A stretch of DNA of 64,000 nt from Chloroflexota bacterium (GCA_014360825.1 JACIWT010000005.1:16248-80247), one strand, 5' to 3'. Counted from the first letter of the stretch, positions 49,195-59,775 are shown. The notes: generated by a model from the sequence alone, not told the origin. Numbers and translations are program-made.

Positions 49195-50438
49195 TCCTCC
49201 CCTCCGGCTGGCACCTCCACCCTGATCATCTGTGCCTCATAGACCCGATAGAATGGATACCAGATGGCAGTATTGATAATCAGATTCATCGCTGCCAAGA
49301 GGATCGCTTTCCAATCGCCCGTAGCCATATAGGCCCCGATGGGGAAGGGGAGAACGAAAGGAATGGCGGCATAGACCCGCCCCACCAGGTTCAGAGCCAT
49401 AGCCGCATAGGCGATGGTAGTGGTCACAAGCGAACCGAGGATGAAGGGAATGAAGAGAACGGGGTTCAGGACAATGGGCACGCCAAAGACCACCGGCTCG
49501 TTAATATTGAAGATGGCTGGCAGCAGTGCTAAACGTCCGACCTGGCGCAGACGGGCGGACTTGGAACGCAGCATTAGGATGACTAACCCCAAGGTTCCAC
49601 CTACGCCGCCGATGGCGACGAACCAGTAGACCAGCCCCTCGGTGACAATATGGGGCAACACTGCTTCCCCGCGCGCCGCAGCATCGGCGTTCGCGGCCAG
49701 CAGGGGCAAGATAAGGGGCAACAGGATGGAACCGACCACCGCTGCCCCGTGGATGCCGACGCTCCATAGGAGGTTGATCAGTAGCACGGCCAACAGAAGA
49801 GCCGGCAACGTGTCGGCAGCGCTCAGCAGTGGGCGCACAACGGCAAGTACTACGTCATGGATGCTGATTCCCAAGAGGACTCGTATGACCCAGATAATCA
49901 GGATCGTTACCGCCGCTGGGACAATAGCCTGGAAAGGAGCGGCGATGCCTGGAGGTACTCCCGGCGGCATGCGGATGGTCAGACGACGCTGCGTGAAAAA
50001 GCGGGTCACTTCGACAGTGAGCAGGCCCACCAAAATGCCGACGATCAATCCTTCGCCGCCCAGGAAACGGGAAGCGATGGTGTACTCCGTCACCGGGCCC
50101 TCGGCTGGGTTACCCAGGAGGGTCACCGGAATGGAGAGTAAGAAAGCGGAGACTGAGACAAGGGCGGTGGTTAATGTGTCTAAGCCATACTCATTGGCCA
50201 GAGCATGAGCGACCGAAAAGGCGGCGGCCAGTCCCATAATACCCATAGTCAAGTTGAAAATCTCGAAGAATTGTTGGCCGAAGCCAATGAAACCACTGAA
50301 GATGCCGAAGATGAGGGCGAAACTACCGACCATGATGATGGGCATTACTCCCATCATCCCATCACGGATGGCACGCATGTGGCGTTGTTCCGCGATGGCC
50401 ACTAACGATGGTATGAGGCGAATGCGAATCCAGTCCAT
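49191..50438 (-). CDS. PTS cellobiose/chitobiose-family EIIC
   Basis: AIRDG, IRMPPGVPP, WSVGIHG, GGVGGT, FNINEPVVFG. Confidence 0.93.
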   Translation of the reverse strand: MDWIRIRLIPSLVAIAEQRHMRAIRDGMMGVMPIIMVGSFALIFGIFSGFIGFGQQFFEIFNLTMGIMGLAAAFSVAHALANEYGLDTLTTALVSVSAFLLSIPVTLLGNPAEGPVTEYTIASRFLGGEGLIVGILVGLLTVEVTRFFTQRRLTIRMPPGVPPGIAAPFQAIVPAAVTILIIWVIRVLLGISIHDVVLAVVRPLLSAADTLPALLLAVLLINLLWSVGIHGAAVVGSILLPLILPLLAANADAAARGEAVLPHIVTEGLVYWFVAIGGVGGTLGLVILMLRSKSARLRQVGRLALLPAIFNINEPVVFGVPIVLNPVLFIPFILGSLVTTTIAYAAMALNLVGRVYAAIPFVLPFPIGAYMATGDWKAILLAAMNLIINTAIWYPFYRVYEAQMIRVEVPAGGEE

Positions 50439-50455
50439 TGAGTTCTCCTCCCCAT

Positions 50456-51820
50456 TCAGTGCAATGGCGGGAAAAGATCGCCATGTGCTTCTATGTAATC
50501 GTCCAGGATGCGTTTGGCGATCTCATAGGTAGGCACCAGCGGGTGTAGGGCCAGGGCTTTGAGCGCGAGTTGGTATGAGCCCGAGAGTGCGGCCTCGATG
50601 GTCAGGCGCTCGAATTCCTTCACTTGCTTCATCAGCCCCAGGGCATGGTCGGGAACAGAGCCGATGGCAATGGGCCGCACGATAGACTTGCCCAGGTAGC
50701 AGGTGACCTCTACCACGTCTCGTTCATTCATGCCGGCGATGGCCCCCCGGTTGGGCACATTTAGGATGGAGATGCCCCGACGTACTCCCGAGAGGCACTC
50801 TATCACCCCAAGGGCCACACCCTCGTATCCCTCTTCCTCCAGGGCCGTTTCCAGCCCTTCGATTTCCGGCTTGTGTCCGGTCTCCACGGTCATATAGGTC
50901 TCGCCGCGTTTCATCAGGTAGGCCATATAGGTCTGCAGAATCTGCTCTTCGCTTGCCCCGTCATCACGCAGGCGCTTCAGTTCGGCGAAGAGCCACTCGT
51001 TCAGCTCTTGGATCTGCTCTCCCCGGCTTTTCCCGGCAGCAAGGATGTGTTGTACAGCCTGGGCATTATGATAGTAGAAATACAGGTATTCGTTGGGGAT
51101 CAGACCCAGCGCAGCGATGAACTTGTGGTCAAAGGGAAGTCCTGGGATGGGTTTACCTACCTTGACTAGGCTGGCGATGACATCTGGCAGGACATCTCGG
51201 CCATTGAGGTATGCTGCTCGCACCCAACCCAGGTGGTTCAGCCCGAAGTATTCTAAGAAAAGGTCCTCCGCCGCCACGCCCAAGGCGTGAGCCAAGGCCC
51301 GATGCATAGCCGCCGGATTGTCGCAGATGCCGACCACGCGTTGGAAATCGCTGTGGTTGGACAGGGCTTCGGTGATCAGCCCGGACGGGTTGGTGAAATT
51401 GATCAGCCAGGCTTGCGGCGCCAATTGGGCGATCAGTTTGGCGTAATGAAAGATCACCGGGATAGTACGCAAGGCCATGGCAAAACCGCCCGGTCCGGTC
51501 GTCTCCTGGCCCAACACACCGTAGCGCAAGGGCACGCGCTCGTCGGTTACTCGGGAGCGAATGCCGCCCACGCGGAAGGTGGTCAACACGTAGTCGGCGC
51601 CCTCGATAGCCTGGCGGGCATCGGTCGTCCAGATCGTGCGGAAAGTGGCTTTCCCCTCACGCAACACGGGCTGGCTCACCATCTGGATGAGGGCTAGATT
51701 CTCAGCGTTGATATCCATCAGGTAGAGGTCTGTGAGGCCCAACTTTTGCTGATGGCGTATTACCCCTCGCAACATGAGCGGGGTGCGGACTCCGGCGGTG
51801 CCGATAATAGTTAGTTTCAA
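50456..51820 (-). CDS. GH4 6-phospho-glycosidase (second paralogue)
   Basis: GVRTP, GQETTGPGG, NFTNPSG, GICD, GLNH, IPNEYL. Confidence 0.92.
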   Translation of the reverse strand: MKLTIIGTAGVRTPLMLRGVIRHQQKLGLTDLYLMDINAENLALIQMVSQPVLREGKATFRTIWTTDARQAIEGADYVLTTFRVGGIRSRVTDERVPLRYGVLGQETTGPGGFAMALRTIPVIFHYAKLIAQLAPQAWLINFTNPSGLITEALSNHSDFQRVVGICDNPAAMHRALAHALGVAAEDLFLEYFGLNHLGWVRAAYLNGRDVLPDVIASLVKVGKPIPGLPFDHKFIAALGLIPNEYLYFYYHNAQAVQHILAAGKSRGEQIQELNEWLFAELKRLRDDGASEEQILQTYMAYLMKRGETYMTVETGHKPEIEGLETALEEEGYEGVALGVIECLSGVRRGISILNVPNRGAIAGMNERDVVEVTCYLGKSIVRPIAIGSVPDHALGLMKQVKEFERLTIEAALSGSYQLALKALALHPLVPTYEIAKRILDDYIEAHGDLFPPLH

Positions 51821-51922
51821 GGCATTACCCCACGGTGATGTATTCGCTTTGTCTCAGGGAGAGGGGAGGGTGCCACCTGGTACCCTCCCCTCGGGTGGTC
51901 GAAGTTGTAGGCTGGGATATCC

Positions 51923-53194
51923 TTACGCTCCCTCTTTCTCCAGCACCTGACGCTCCCAGGCACGGAAGAACGGGTACCAGATGATACCCGGGATGACGAA
52001 CTCGGTGATGATCCCCAGGATACTTGCTTTCCAGTCGTAGCCGGTGGCCAGGTACATCAGGATGGGCGTGGGCAGCGTCCAGGGAGCAGCAACAGCGGTC
52101 GGGCGCACAAAGCCGATCACGTGGGCGATCCAGGCCACAGTGGTGTTGAGGAAGGTGATGACAATGAAGGGGATAGCCATCACTGGGTTGAAGATGACCG
52201 GCGTGCCAAAGGTGATGGGCTCATTGATGTTGAAGATGCCGGGCCAGATTCCCAGCCAGCCCACCCGGCGCAGCCGAGCGGACTTGGAGCGGATGAGATA
52301 GATAGCCAGCGGCAGGGTAGCACCGGAGCCGCCAGGCACGACATAACTGCGGAAGAGGTCAGTGTAGATCCAGGGCAGTGGCTTGCCCGCGGCCAAAGCC
52401 GCAGCGTTGTCTGCTAGGTTGCTGGTCCAAATGGGCGAGAGCACGATGCCGATGGTCAGGTCGCCGTGGATACCGAGGGTCCACAGGAAAGCATGGATGC
52501 TTTCGGCGATGGCCGCCGCCACATAAGAGGAAGCGGCAGGCACGATGTGGGAGAGAGCCACGACCACCCCATGGGCTACATCAATCCCTAGTACGACGCG
52601 CACGAGCCAGGCTAGCAGGAAAGTCACGATGGCGGGGATCAGGGCCACGAAGGCGGCTGTGATGGAGGGCGGCACTCCTTCCGGCATTCGGATAACCAGG
52701 TTGCGCTTGACGAACCAGTTGTAGATCTCCACCGAAAGTAGGGCGACGATGATGGCGGTAAAGAGGCCCTGGTTATCGAAATAGGTGCCGGGCAGACCCT
52801 GCTCACCCCACGCGCCCAGAATTGGACTGGCAATAGTGATGAAAGCCAAGAGTGACAGGGCGGCAGGCATCAGGGGGTCGAGTCCTTTACGTCGTGCCAG
52901 GTGGTAGGAAATAGTTACGGAGGCGAACAGGGCCAACAAGCCATAAGCCATGTTGAAGGGCACCCACAGTTTGCTGGATAGTTCGGGGTTCGCATCGAGG
53001 AACTCCAGCCAACTGGGGACGGGGAACTGCAGGATGAGCAGGCTGAAGGCTCCAGTGATCAAGAGGGGCATCAAACCGGCTAAGCCATCCCGGACGGAGG
53101 CCAGATGCGGCTGGTCAAACAACGGGGCCAGCGCTTCCATTGCATCGGACAGCCTGTCAGCCCAACTTTTCTTCTCCCCAGATACAGCAGCCAT
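51923..53194 (-). CDS. PTS cellobiose/chitobiose-family EIIC (second paralogue)
   Basis: SVRDG, IRMPEGVPP, WTLGIHG, GGSGAT, FNINEPITFG. Confidence 0.93.
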   Translation of the reverse strand: MAAVSGEKKSWADRLSDAMEALAPLFDQPHLASVRDGLAGLMPLLITGAFSLLILQFPVPSWLEFLDANPELSSKLWVPFNMAYGLLALFASVTISYHLARRKGLDPLMPAALSLLAFITIASPILGAWGEQGLPGTYFDNQGLFTAIIVALLSVEIYNWFVKRNLVIRMPEGVPPSITAAFVALIPAIVTFLLAWLVRVVLGIDVAHGVVVALSHIVPAASSYVAAAIAESIHAFLWTLGIHGDLTIGIVLSPIWTSNLADNAAALAAGKPLPWIYTDLFRSYVVPGGSGATLPLAIYLIRSKSARLRRVGWLGIWPGIFNINEPITFGTPVIFNPVMAIPFIVITFLNTTVAWIAHVIGFVRPTAVAAPWTLPTPILMYLATGYDWKASILGIITEFVIPGIIWYPFFRAWERQVLEKEGA

Positions 53195-53443
53195 TGCGGA
53201 TACTCCTTTCTTGATTTAATTAGGAAAATGGTCCACTGCAGAACAAATTGTTGGTTTCTTTCTCACCTCCTTTATGCCCAATTTTAGCGCTTGATGCCAC
53301 CGTGGCTCATCGCCGTGTCTTCCGCGCTACTTGAGGCAGTGTGGTTCACCATTTTGTGAACTCATCACCATGAGCAGGCAATTGAGGAGAAGATTGGAGC
53401 CAGACCCGCCTGCAACTTTGCCACCCTAACCCTTGCAATTGAT

Positions 53444-53472
53444 ATTTTACCACTGAAGAGGGTCTCTGTCAA
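53444..53472 (-). promoter_or_regulatory. sigma70 promoter of the PTS operon
   Basis: Minus strand TTGACA-17 nt-TAAAAT. Confidence 0.7.
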
Positions 53473-53630
53473 GGGTTTTGTGCATTTCTCATGTTCTCAG
53501 GCGACTAGTGTAAAGTTAGATTGCTGTTGACACCTTCGAAAAATCACTTATTTTCTTGACTTTCGTCTTAATCTGTGCTATCTTTGCCCGTGAACCGTAG
53601 TTGGGGACGGCAAGATCGGACGAGGGGAGT

Positions 53631-54485
53631 ATGAGACGGGAGAGAATCGCGGAGGACATCTTTGTCTTCACCAGCGACTTGTACGCCCAAGTCAACGCCG
53701 GGGTGATTCTCACCTCGGAGGGTACGATCATCATTGATACCCTGCCCTTCCCTCAGGAGACGCGGGAGTTGCTGACTTTCGCCCGTCAGTATGGCAGTGG
53801 TGGCATTCGCTACGTCATCAACACCCATTATCACTCCGACCACACATACGGCACTTATCTTTTCAGCGGTGCGGAGGTCATATCCCACCGCCTTTGTCGG
53901 GAGAAACTCCTGCGCTTGGGTGAGCAGAGCCTGACCGAAGCCAAACGCGAGACCCCTGCCCTGGCCGAGGTAGAATTGCGCATTCCCAACATGATATTTG
54001 ACAATGAGATGTATCTGCATCTGGGGGCGCGATCGCTACGCCTCATTCATTTGCCCGGCCACACCCCAGATTCCATCGGCGTCTTTGTCGAAGGCGACAA
54101 AATCCTCTTCGCTGCCGACGCGCTCCTGCCCGTGCCCTACATTGTCTGGGGCGACCGAGAACAAATGGCCGAGTCGCTCAGAACCATCAAGAACCTGAGA
54201 CCCGACAGCGTTATCCAAGGTCACGGGCAAATCATCCTGCGGGGCGAATTGGGCGAGGAGGTGGATTCCAGCATCGCCTATCTGACCAACATCTACCAAG
54301 CGGTCAAGAGGGTTCTGGACAAGGGTCAACCTGAAGAGGCGCTGGGAAGCATTGATATCGAGGAGTGTGGCAAATCGCGCATCCCGCTGGATGGCCTCGT
54401 GCGCCAACTTCACCGGGGGAATTTGATCGCTCTGTACCGCCAACTGAAGGAGGGGAAGGAGAAAGGTAAGGCTCGATCCCAGTGA
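53631..54485 (+). CDS. Metallo-beta-lactamase fold hydrolase (cyclase-like)
   Basis: NTHYHSDH, PGHT, QGHG. Confidence 0.9.
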   Translation: MRRERIAEDIFVFTSDLYAQVNAGVILTSEGTIIIDTLPFPQETRELLTFARQYGSGGIRYVINTHYHSDHTYGTYLFSGAEVISHRLCREKLLRLGEQSLTEAKRETPALAEVELRIPNMIFDNEMYLHLGARSLRLIHLPGHTPDSIGVFVEGDKILFAADALLPVPYIVWGDREQMAESLRTIKNLRPDSVIQGHGQIILRGELGEEVDSSIAYLTNIYQAVKRVLDKGQPEEALGSIDIEECGKSRIPLDGLVRQLHRGNLIALYRQLKEGKEKGKARSQ

Positions 54486-54584
54486 TGAGGGTGCATTGCT
54501 CTGATAAAGGGATTTTCTCGTGATAAGCGCCACGTCCTCCATGGGGAGGACGTTTCTATATGCGGGCATCACTCGGGTTCAGGC

Positions 54585-55013
54585 TTACTCGCCGATCACT
54601 TTGTCAATGGGATGGGCCAGCATCACCCGGGTGGTCTGGCGGAAAGACATTTTCTTCCAGAACTCGAGGTTATCGCCCGGCACGGTGACCATGAGGCTGG
54701 TGGCTCCCCGCTCCTTGAAACGGCGGGCTGTCTCGCGCACTAAGGCGGTGCCGATGCCGCGCCGCTGGTAGTCGGGATGTACGGAAACGATGTGGATGAG
54801 AGCCTTCGAGCCGTCGTAAACGCCGCGGCTCATGCCGACGGGTTTGCCATCCTCCTCTGCTACCAGGAACACGGCAGCCTGGCACTCCTGCACGCGGCGC
54901 ATAGCCTCAGGGCCCTCGCTCTCAGGGTCACCGTACTGGAGATTGGCCTTGAGGATCTCCACAATGGCTTCGCAATCCTCAAGTCGAAAGTCGCGTATGC
55001 GCATGGGGACCAT
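54585..55013 (-). CDS. GNAT-family N-acetyltransferase
   Basis: VSVHPDYQRRGIGTAL. Confidence 0.9.
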   Translation of the reverse strand: MVPMRIRDFRLEDCEAIVEILKANLQYGDPESEGPEAMRRVQECQAAVFLVAEEDGKPVGMSRGVYDGSKALIHIVSVHPDYQRRGIGTALVRETARRFKERGATSLMVTVPGDNLEFWKKMSFRQTTRVMLAHPIDKVIGE

Positions 55014-55078
55014 CCTCTTCTACCGTTTGCTAACATTGTACAACCAAGCAGGTTGGTTGTCAATGACAGCCCGATCCC

Positions 55079-55951
55079 TCAGATATCAACGCCCAGGAAG
55101 GTGCGCATAAGGAAGCCAAGCAAGAAACTGAATGCCGCAACTCCCAGGCTCACCCCTGCCATCTCAAAAAACCGCCTAGTAAATGGTTCGTCTTTGGCTA
55201 CAGAGACATAGTAGTTGAACAGGGCAATGATCAAGATGGCCCCGACCAGCGTGCAACTCAAACACAGGTAGTAGTTCGTGAGCAGCAGGTAAGGAAGGAT
55301 GAGGAGCAGAACGGTGGCCAGATATGTCACTCCCGTGTAAATAGAGGCTCGCACCGGATTCTTGACCGTCTTCTCTGCCTTCGTGGACAGGTACTCGGAG
55401 GCCGCCATAGATAAGGCAGCGGCGATGCCAGTGATCGAACCAGTCAGGGCAATCAGCCTTGTGTCTTGTAGCGCCAAGGTCAAACCAGCCAGCGCACCGG
55501 TCAATTCCACCAACGCATCGTTTAGACCCAACACGATGGAGCCGGTATAGCGAAGTCTTTCTTCGTCCAGCAATTGGAGCAACGCCGCCTCATGATGATT
55601 CTCATCCAGAAAGATCTCATGTGCTTCGGGGATCACTTCCTCTAACTGCTCGTAGTGTTCTTGGGCATCTTCCTCTCCCCGCTCCATCAGTTTGACGGCG
55701 AAGGTGAAGCCGAAAACCCGGCTGATCCAATAGTACTGCCAGATCTTCCACTGGCTCGGGGTTACATCCTGCTGGGTGTAGTTGCGCCACTGGCGATAGT
55801 GGCGCAACTCATCATCGGCAATGTCCTCTAATATCCGTCGGTTTTCAGATAGTTGGACTCGCCCAGCCAACTTTTTGTAAATGTGATGCTCGGTGATCTC
55901 ATTTTTCTGATAAATCAGCAGTCTTTCACGCAGGTCGTCGCTGATGTTCAT
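55079..55951 (-). CDS. Rubrerythrin-domain VIT1/CCC1 iron exporter (MbfA-like)
   Basis: E..EH..Y, DELRH, DENHHE; VLGLNDALVE, SMAASEYLS; ATGA overlap with proS. Confidence 0.88.
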   Translation of the reverse strand: MNISDDLRERLLIYQKNEITEHHIYKKLAGRVQLSENRRILEDIADDELRHYRQWRNYTQQDVTPSQWKIWQYYWISRVFGFTFAVKLMERGEEDAQEHYEQLEEVIPEAHEIFLDENHHEAALLQLLDEERLRYTGSIVLGLNDALVELTGALAGLTLALQDTRLIALTGSITGIAAALSMAASEYLSTKAEKTVKNPVRASIYTGVTYLATVLLLILPYLLLTNYYLCLSCTLVGAILIIALFNYYVSVAKDEPFTRRFFEMAGVSLGVAAFSFLLGFLMRTFLGVDI

Positions 55952-57693
55952 TGTGCAGTGTCCTTTGGGCAATATTCGTTGTTGGGTGCTCTGAGCATTG
56001 CGTCGAGTTCTGCAAAGAGATCATCCCGTTTCACTAAGCGTCCTCTCGCTTCATCCCGGCGCTTGATTTCAATGCCGTCTTGGGCCAGTGTGCGCCGGCT
56101 GATGGTCAGACGCCAAGGGATGCCAATCAGATCTGCGTCGTTGAACTTGACCCCTGCCGTCTCGTCCCGGTCGTCGTAGAGGACTTCGTACCCCCGTTCC
56201 TCCAGTTCCCGGTACAGTTTCTCTGCCTGCTCGACCACTTCTGGTTCATTGGTGCTCAGAGCGACCAAGTGAATCTGGAAGGGTGCAACAGACGCTGGCC
56301 ATACGATGCCTTTCTCGTCGTGATGCTGCTCCACGATCGCAGCCATGAGCCGCCCGGTGCCTATACCATAGGAGCCCATGACAATGGGTCGGGCTTGTCC
56401 GTTCGGGTCCAGATAAGTTGCCCCCACCGCCTCGCTGTACTTGGTCCCCAACTTGAACAGGTGTCCGAGTTCGATGCCCCGTACCGCGGTGAGTGCCCTC
56501 CCGCATTTGGCACAGGCATCGCCGGCTCGCGCCAAGGCGATGTCCACCACCATATCCGCTGTGAAGTCGCGGGGATAGTTGACGTTTTTGAGGTGGTAGC
56601 CCTCTCTGTTTGCCCCGACCACAAAGTTGCTGCCGGCGGTGATGGATTGGTCGGCGATCACCCGTGCGCTGCCTGTGTAGCCCACCGGCGAGGCATATCC
56701 GGCTACGATCTCGGCCTCTCGGAGGGCCTCATCGCTGGCCGGCTCTAGTCCCGTCCCGCCCAGCACGTTGGACAACTTGACCTCATTCACGTCCAGATCG
56801 CCACGGATCACGACAAAGATGACCTGGCCCTCGCTCGTGGTGTAGAAGACGGCTTTCAAGGTCTGTCGAGTGGGCACCCCCACGTATTCGGCCACACTCT
56901 GAATCGTCTCGCACCCTGGCGTGGCCACCTCCTCGATTGGCTGTTCAGGCTGTCTCTCCTGCGGTGGCAGGGCGAAGATGGCTTTCTCTGCGTTGGCTGC
57001 GTAGCCACAGCCTGGGCAGAGGATGAGGGTGTCCTCGCCCTCCTCGTTCACGATCATGAACTCGTGGGAGATTGCGCCGCCCATAATACCGGTATCCGCC
57101 TCCACTGCGATCGTCTCTACGGCGCAGCGTCGGAAAATGTTCGTGTAAGCCTGGTACATGCGCGGATAGTATTCGTCCAGACTGGCCGAGTCGGCATGGC
57201 AACTGTAGGCGTCTTTCATGGTAAACTCTCGGGCTCGCAACAGGCCGCCCCTGGGCCGCGGCTCGTCGCGGAATTTGGTCTGAATGTGATACACCATCAG
57301 CGGGAGTTGGCGGTAGGAGTGTATCTCGCGGCGTAGGAGGTCGGCAACGACTTCCTCGTGAGTCATAGCCAGGACCATTGGCCGACCTGCACGGTCCTTG
57401 AACCGCACCAGCGCCGGGCCTGGAGCGTGCGCATCGTAGCGGCCAGTGGCTATCCAGACTTCGGCAGGATTGACCACGGGCAGGCTCACTTCTTGTCCTC
57501 CGATGGCGTCCATCTCTTCGCGCATGATAGTCTCGATCTTGCGCAGCACGCGCCACCCCAGAGGCAAGTAACTGTAGATGCCCGCGGCAAGCGGACGGAT
57601 CATCCCGGCCCGCAACATCAGTTGATGGCTGATGAGATCAGCCTCCGCTGGCGTCTCACGGAGTGTACGGCCCAGAAGTCTGGAGAATCGCAT
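55948..57693 (-). CDS. proS: Proline--tRNA ligase (with INS editing domain)
   Basis: SHQLMLRAG, KFRDEPRPRGGLLRAREF, GIELGHLFKLGTKYS, MGSYGIG. Confidence 0.98.
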   Translation of the reverse strand: MRFSRLLGRTLRETPAEADLISHQLMLRAGMIRPLAAGIYSYLPLGWRVLRKIETIMREEMDAIGGQEVSLPVVNPAEVWIATGRYDAHAPGPALVRFKDRAGRPMVLAMTHEEVVADLLRREIHSYRQLPLMVYHIQTKFRDEPRPRGGLLRAREFTMKDAYSCHADSASLDEYYPRMYQAYTNIFRRCAVETIAVEADTGIMGGAISHEFMIVNEEGEDTLILCPGCGYAANAEKAIFALPPQERQPEQPIEEVATPGCETIQSVAEYVGVPTRQTLKAVFYTTSEGQVIFVVIRGDLDVNEVKLSNVLGGTGLEPASDEALREAEIVAGYASPVGYTGSARVIADQSITAGSNFVVGANREGYHLKNVNYPRDFTADMVVDIALARAGDACAKCGRALTAVRGIELGHLFKLGTKYSEAVGATYLDPNGQARPIVMGSYGIGTGRLMAAIVEQHHDEKGIVWPASVAPFQIHLVALSTNEPEVVEQAEKLYRELEERGYEVLYDDRDETAGVKFNDADLIGIPWRLTISRRTLAQDGIEIKRRDEARGRLVKRDDLFAELDAMLRAPNNEYCPKDTAQ

Positions 57694-57835
57694 AGTTGCC
57701 CTCCCATGATTGCTTCGCGGTTGAGTGAAGTTTACTCATTTCCTGACCCTGTGCAAAAAGAGAACCATGGATTTGGCTTCTCCTGCCCCTTTCAGATATA
57801 ATGGCGGACAACTTTCCCTTCGTTGGAGGCTAACG

Positions 57836-58462
57836 TTGTTCATCGAAACACTCGTCGTAGGTCCATTGCAGGCCAACTGCTACATCGTGGGAGATAAGGC
57901 CACCTCAGAAGCGTTGGTGATTGACCCTGGCGGTGATGCCGATAAGATACTCGATGTCATTGCCGAATTGGGCGCGACTGTCAAAATGATCGTGAATACC
58001 CACGGGCACGTGGATCACATCCTGGCCAACGGGCGGATCAAAGAGGCCACCAATGCCCCCATTGCCATTCACGCCGCCGACGCGGGGATGTTGACCAACC
58101 CCCTGGCCGCTTTTTCATTCTTGCTCGGCGTGCTGAAGCCAAGCCCGCCTGCCGATGTGATGCTCTCCGAGGGCGACGTGCTGGATGTGGGGGGTGTTCA
58201 TCTCCGCGTGATCCACACCCCAGGCCACTCTCGGGGAGGCATCTGCTTGTACGAAGAGAAAGAGGGCGTGGTATTCACTGGCGACACGCTATTTCAAGGG
58301 GGCATCGGGCGCTTTGACTTCCTCGGCGGCAGCCGTCAGACGCTTCTGGATAGTATCCGCACCAAGTTGCTCACCCTGCCGGATGAAACTGTCGTCTACC
58401 CGGGTCATGGCCCGGCCACGACCATCGGCCAGGAGCGACGATACAATCCCTTCTTGATTTGA
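57836..58462 (+). CDS. MBL-fold metallo-hydrolase (glyoxalase II/YcbL-like)
   Basis: THGHVDH, TPGHS, FTGDTLF, YPGHGPATT; TTG start after GGAGG. Confidence 0.9.
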   Translation: MFIETLVVGPLQANCYIVGDKATSEALVIDPGGDADKILDVIAELGATVKMIVNTHGHVDHILANGRIKEATNAPIAIHAADAGMLTNPLAAFSFLLGVLKPSPPADVMLSEGDVLDVGGVHLRVIHTPGHSRGGICLYEEKEGVVFTGDTLFQGGIGRFDFLGGSRQTLLDSIRTKLLTLPDETVVYPGHGPATTIGQERRYNPFLI

Positions 58463-58531
58463 GAACAGTCTGAACCACCCTCGCGCCCACTCCCATATCT
58501 CCCTGGATTTGGAGGATGGTGAGGACCAACG

Positions 58532-59713
58532 CTATTCGCCGTCCTCCGGTGTCTGGAGCAGCGAGGCGCGAGTGATGGCGTCCTCGCCGTATTTGCGGCG
58601 GATCTCGTCCACCGCCCGGCTCAGCCGGTCCAGGCGGCTTTCCGATGTCTCGAACAGGCTCAGTTGCCGCATCTTCGTCTCCAGGTTGCTGGTAGCGACG
58701 CCGAGGAGACGTACTTTCGTGCCCTGCTGCCAGACTTTCTCTAACAGGGCACGTGCCTGCTCGTAGATGGTGTCGCCCAGGTTAGTTGGCTGGGACAGCG
58801 TGGTACTGCGGGTGATGGTAGTGAAGTCCGGATAGCGCAACTTGAGGGTGATAGTTCGGGCGCGCAACTTGTCGGCGCGGAGGCGGGCCGCTATCTTATC
58901 GCTGAGGGCCAACAGGGTGCGCCGCAACTCGTCGGGATCGCCGACATCGCGGGCGAAGGTGTACTCGTGGCTGACAGACTTGGGTTCGTGAGTTGTCTCC
59001 ACTGGCCGGGGGTCAATACCTTGCGCCCGGAGACGGATGTCACGCCCGTGTTCGCCAAACAGGGCCTTCAGTTGTTCATCCGGTAGTGCTGCCAATTGGC
59101 CGATGGTCTCAATGCCCTGTTCCCTCAGGCGACGACTCATCACCTGGCCCAGGCCCCAGAGCATCTCAATCGGCAGAGGGGCGAGAAATGCCGCCTCTTG
59201 GCCGGGCGGTACTACTACCAATCCACCCGGTTTCCGCAGACCTGAGGCGATCTTGGCCACGAGTTTATTGCTCGCTACGCCTACCGATGCGGAGAGCCCC
59301 AGTTCTCGCTGAATGCGCTCTTGGATGGTGCGCGCCAGGGCTTCTGGTGGACCCCAGCGCAGTTCTGTCCCCGTTAAATCCAAGAATGCCTCATCAATGG
59401 AGATGGGTTCCACCAGGGGTGTGTATTCGCGCAGGATTCTCATTACCCGGCGTGAATAGTGGCTGTACTCTGACCGGTGTCCAGGGAGGAGGATAGCCTG
59501 AGGACAGAGGCGCAGTGCCTGAGAGGTGGGCATTGCCGAGCGCACCCCATAGGCTCGCGCCGCATACGATGCCGAGGAAACGACCCCGCGGGCCTTTGGG
59601 CTGCCGCCGACAATAATGGGCTTGCCCGCGATGCTGGGGTCGAGCAGTTCTTCCACCGAGGCGAAGAACGCATCCAAATCCAAGTGAATGATCGTCCGTT
59701 GCACTTGCACCAC
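58532..59713 (-). CDS. dinB: DNA polymerase IV (start approximate)
   Basis: HLDLDAFFASVE, SYAAR, SIDEAFLD, AKIAS. Confidence 0.95.
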   Translation of the reverse strand: MVQVQRTIIHLDLDAFFASVEELLDPSIAGKPIIVGGSPKARGVVSSASYAARAYGVRSAMPTSQALRLCPQAILLPGHRSEYSHYSRRVMRILREYTPLVEPISIDEAFLDLTGTELRWGPPEALARTIQERIQRELGLSASVGVASNKLVAKIASGLRKPGGLVVVPPGQEAAFLAPLPIEMLWGLGQVMSRRLREQGIETIGQLAALPDEQLKALFGEHGRDIRLRAQGIDPRPVETTHEPKSVSHEYTFARDVGDPDELRRTLLALSDKIAARLRADKLRARTITLKLRYPDFTTITRSTTLSQPTNLGDTIYEQARALLEKVWQQGTKVRLLGVATSNLETKMRQLSLFETSESRLDRLSRAVDEIRRKYGEDAITRASLLQTPEDGE

Positions 59714-59775
59714 CCTGTCCGAAATGGTAGAATAGAACTGAACCTGAGTCAAGCCGGCAGGAGGACGAAACAATT

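Noticed and set aside
53340-53375. Fluoride-riboswitch-like start GGTGATGAGTTCAC (minus strand)
   Set aside because: The downstream conserved elements are absent and the gene context (sugar PTS) does not fit
59714-59775. GTTC repeats upstream of dinB as a LexA box
   Set aside because: Direct rather than inverted arrangement; does not fit GAAC-N4-GTTC
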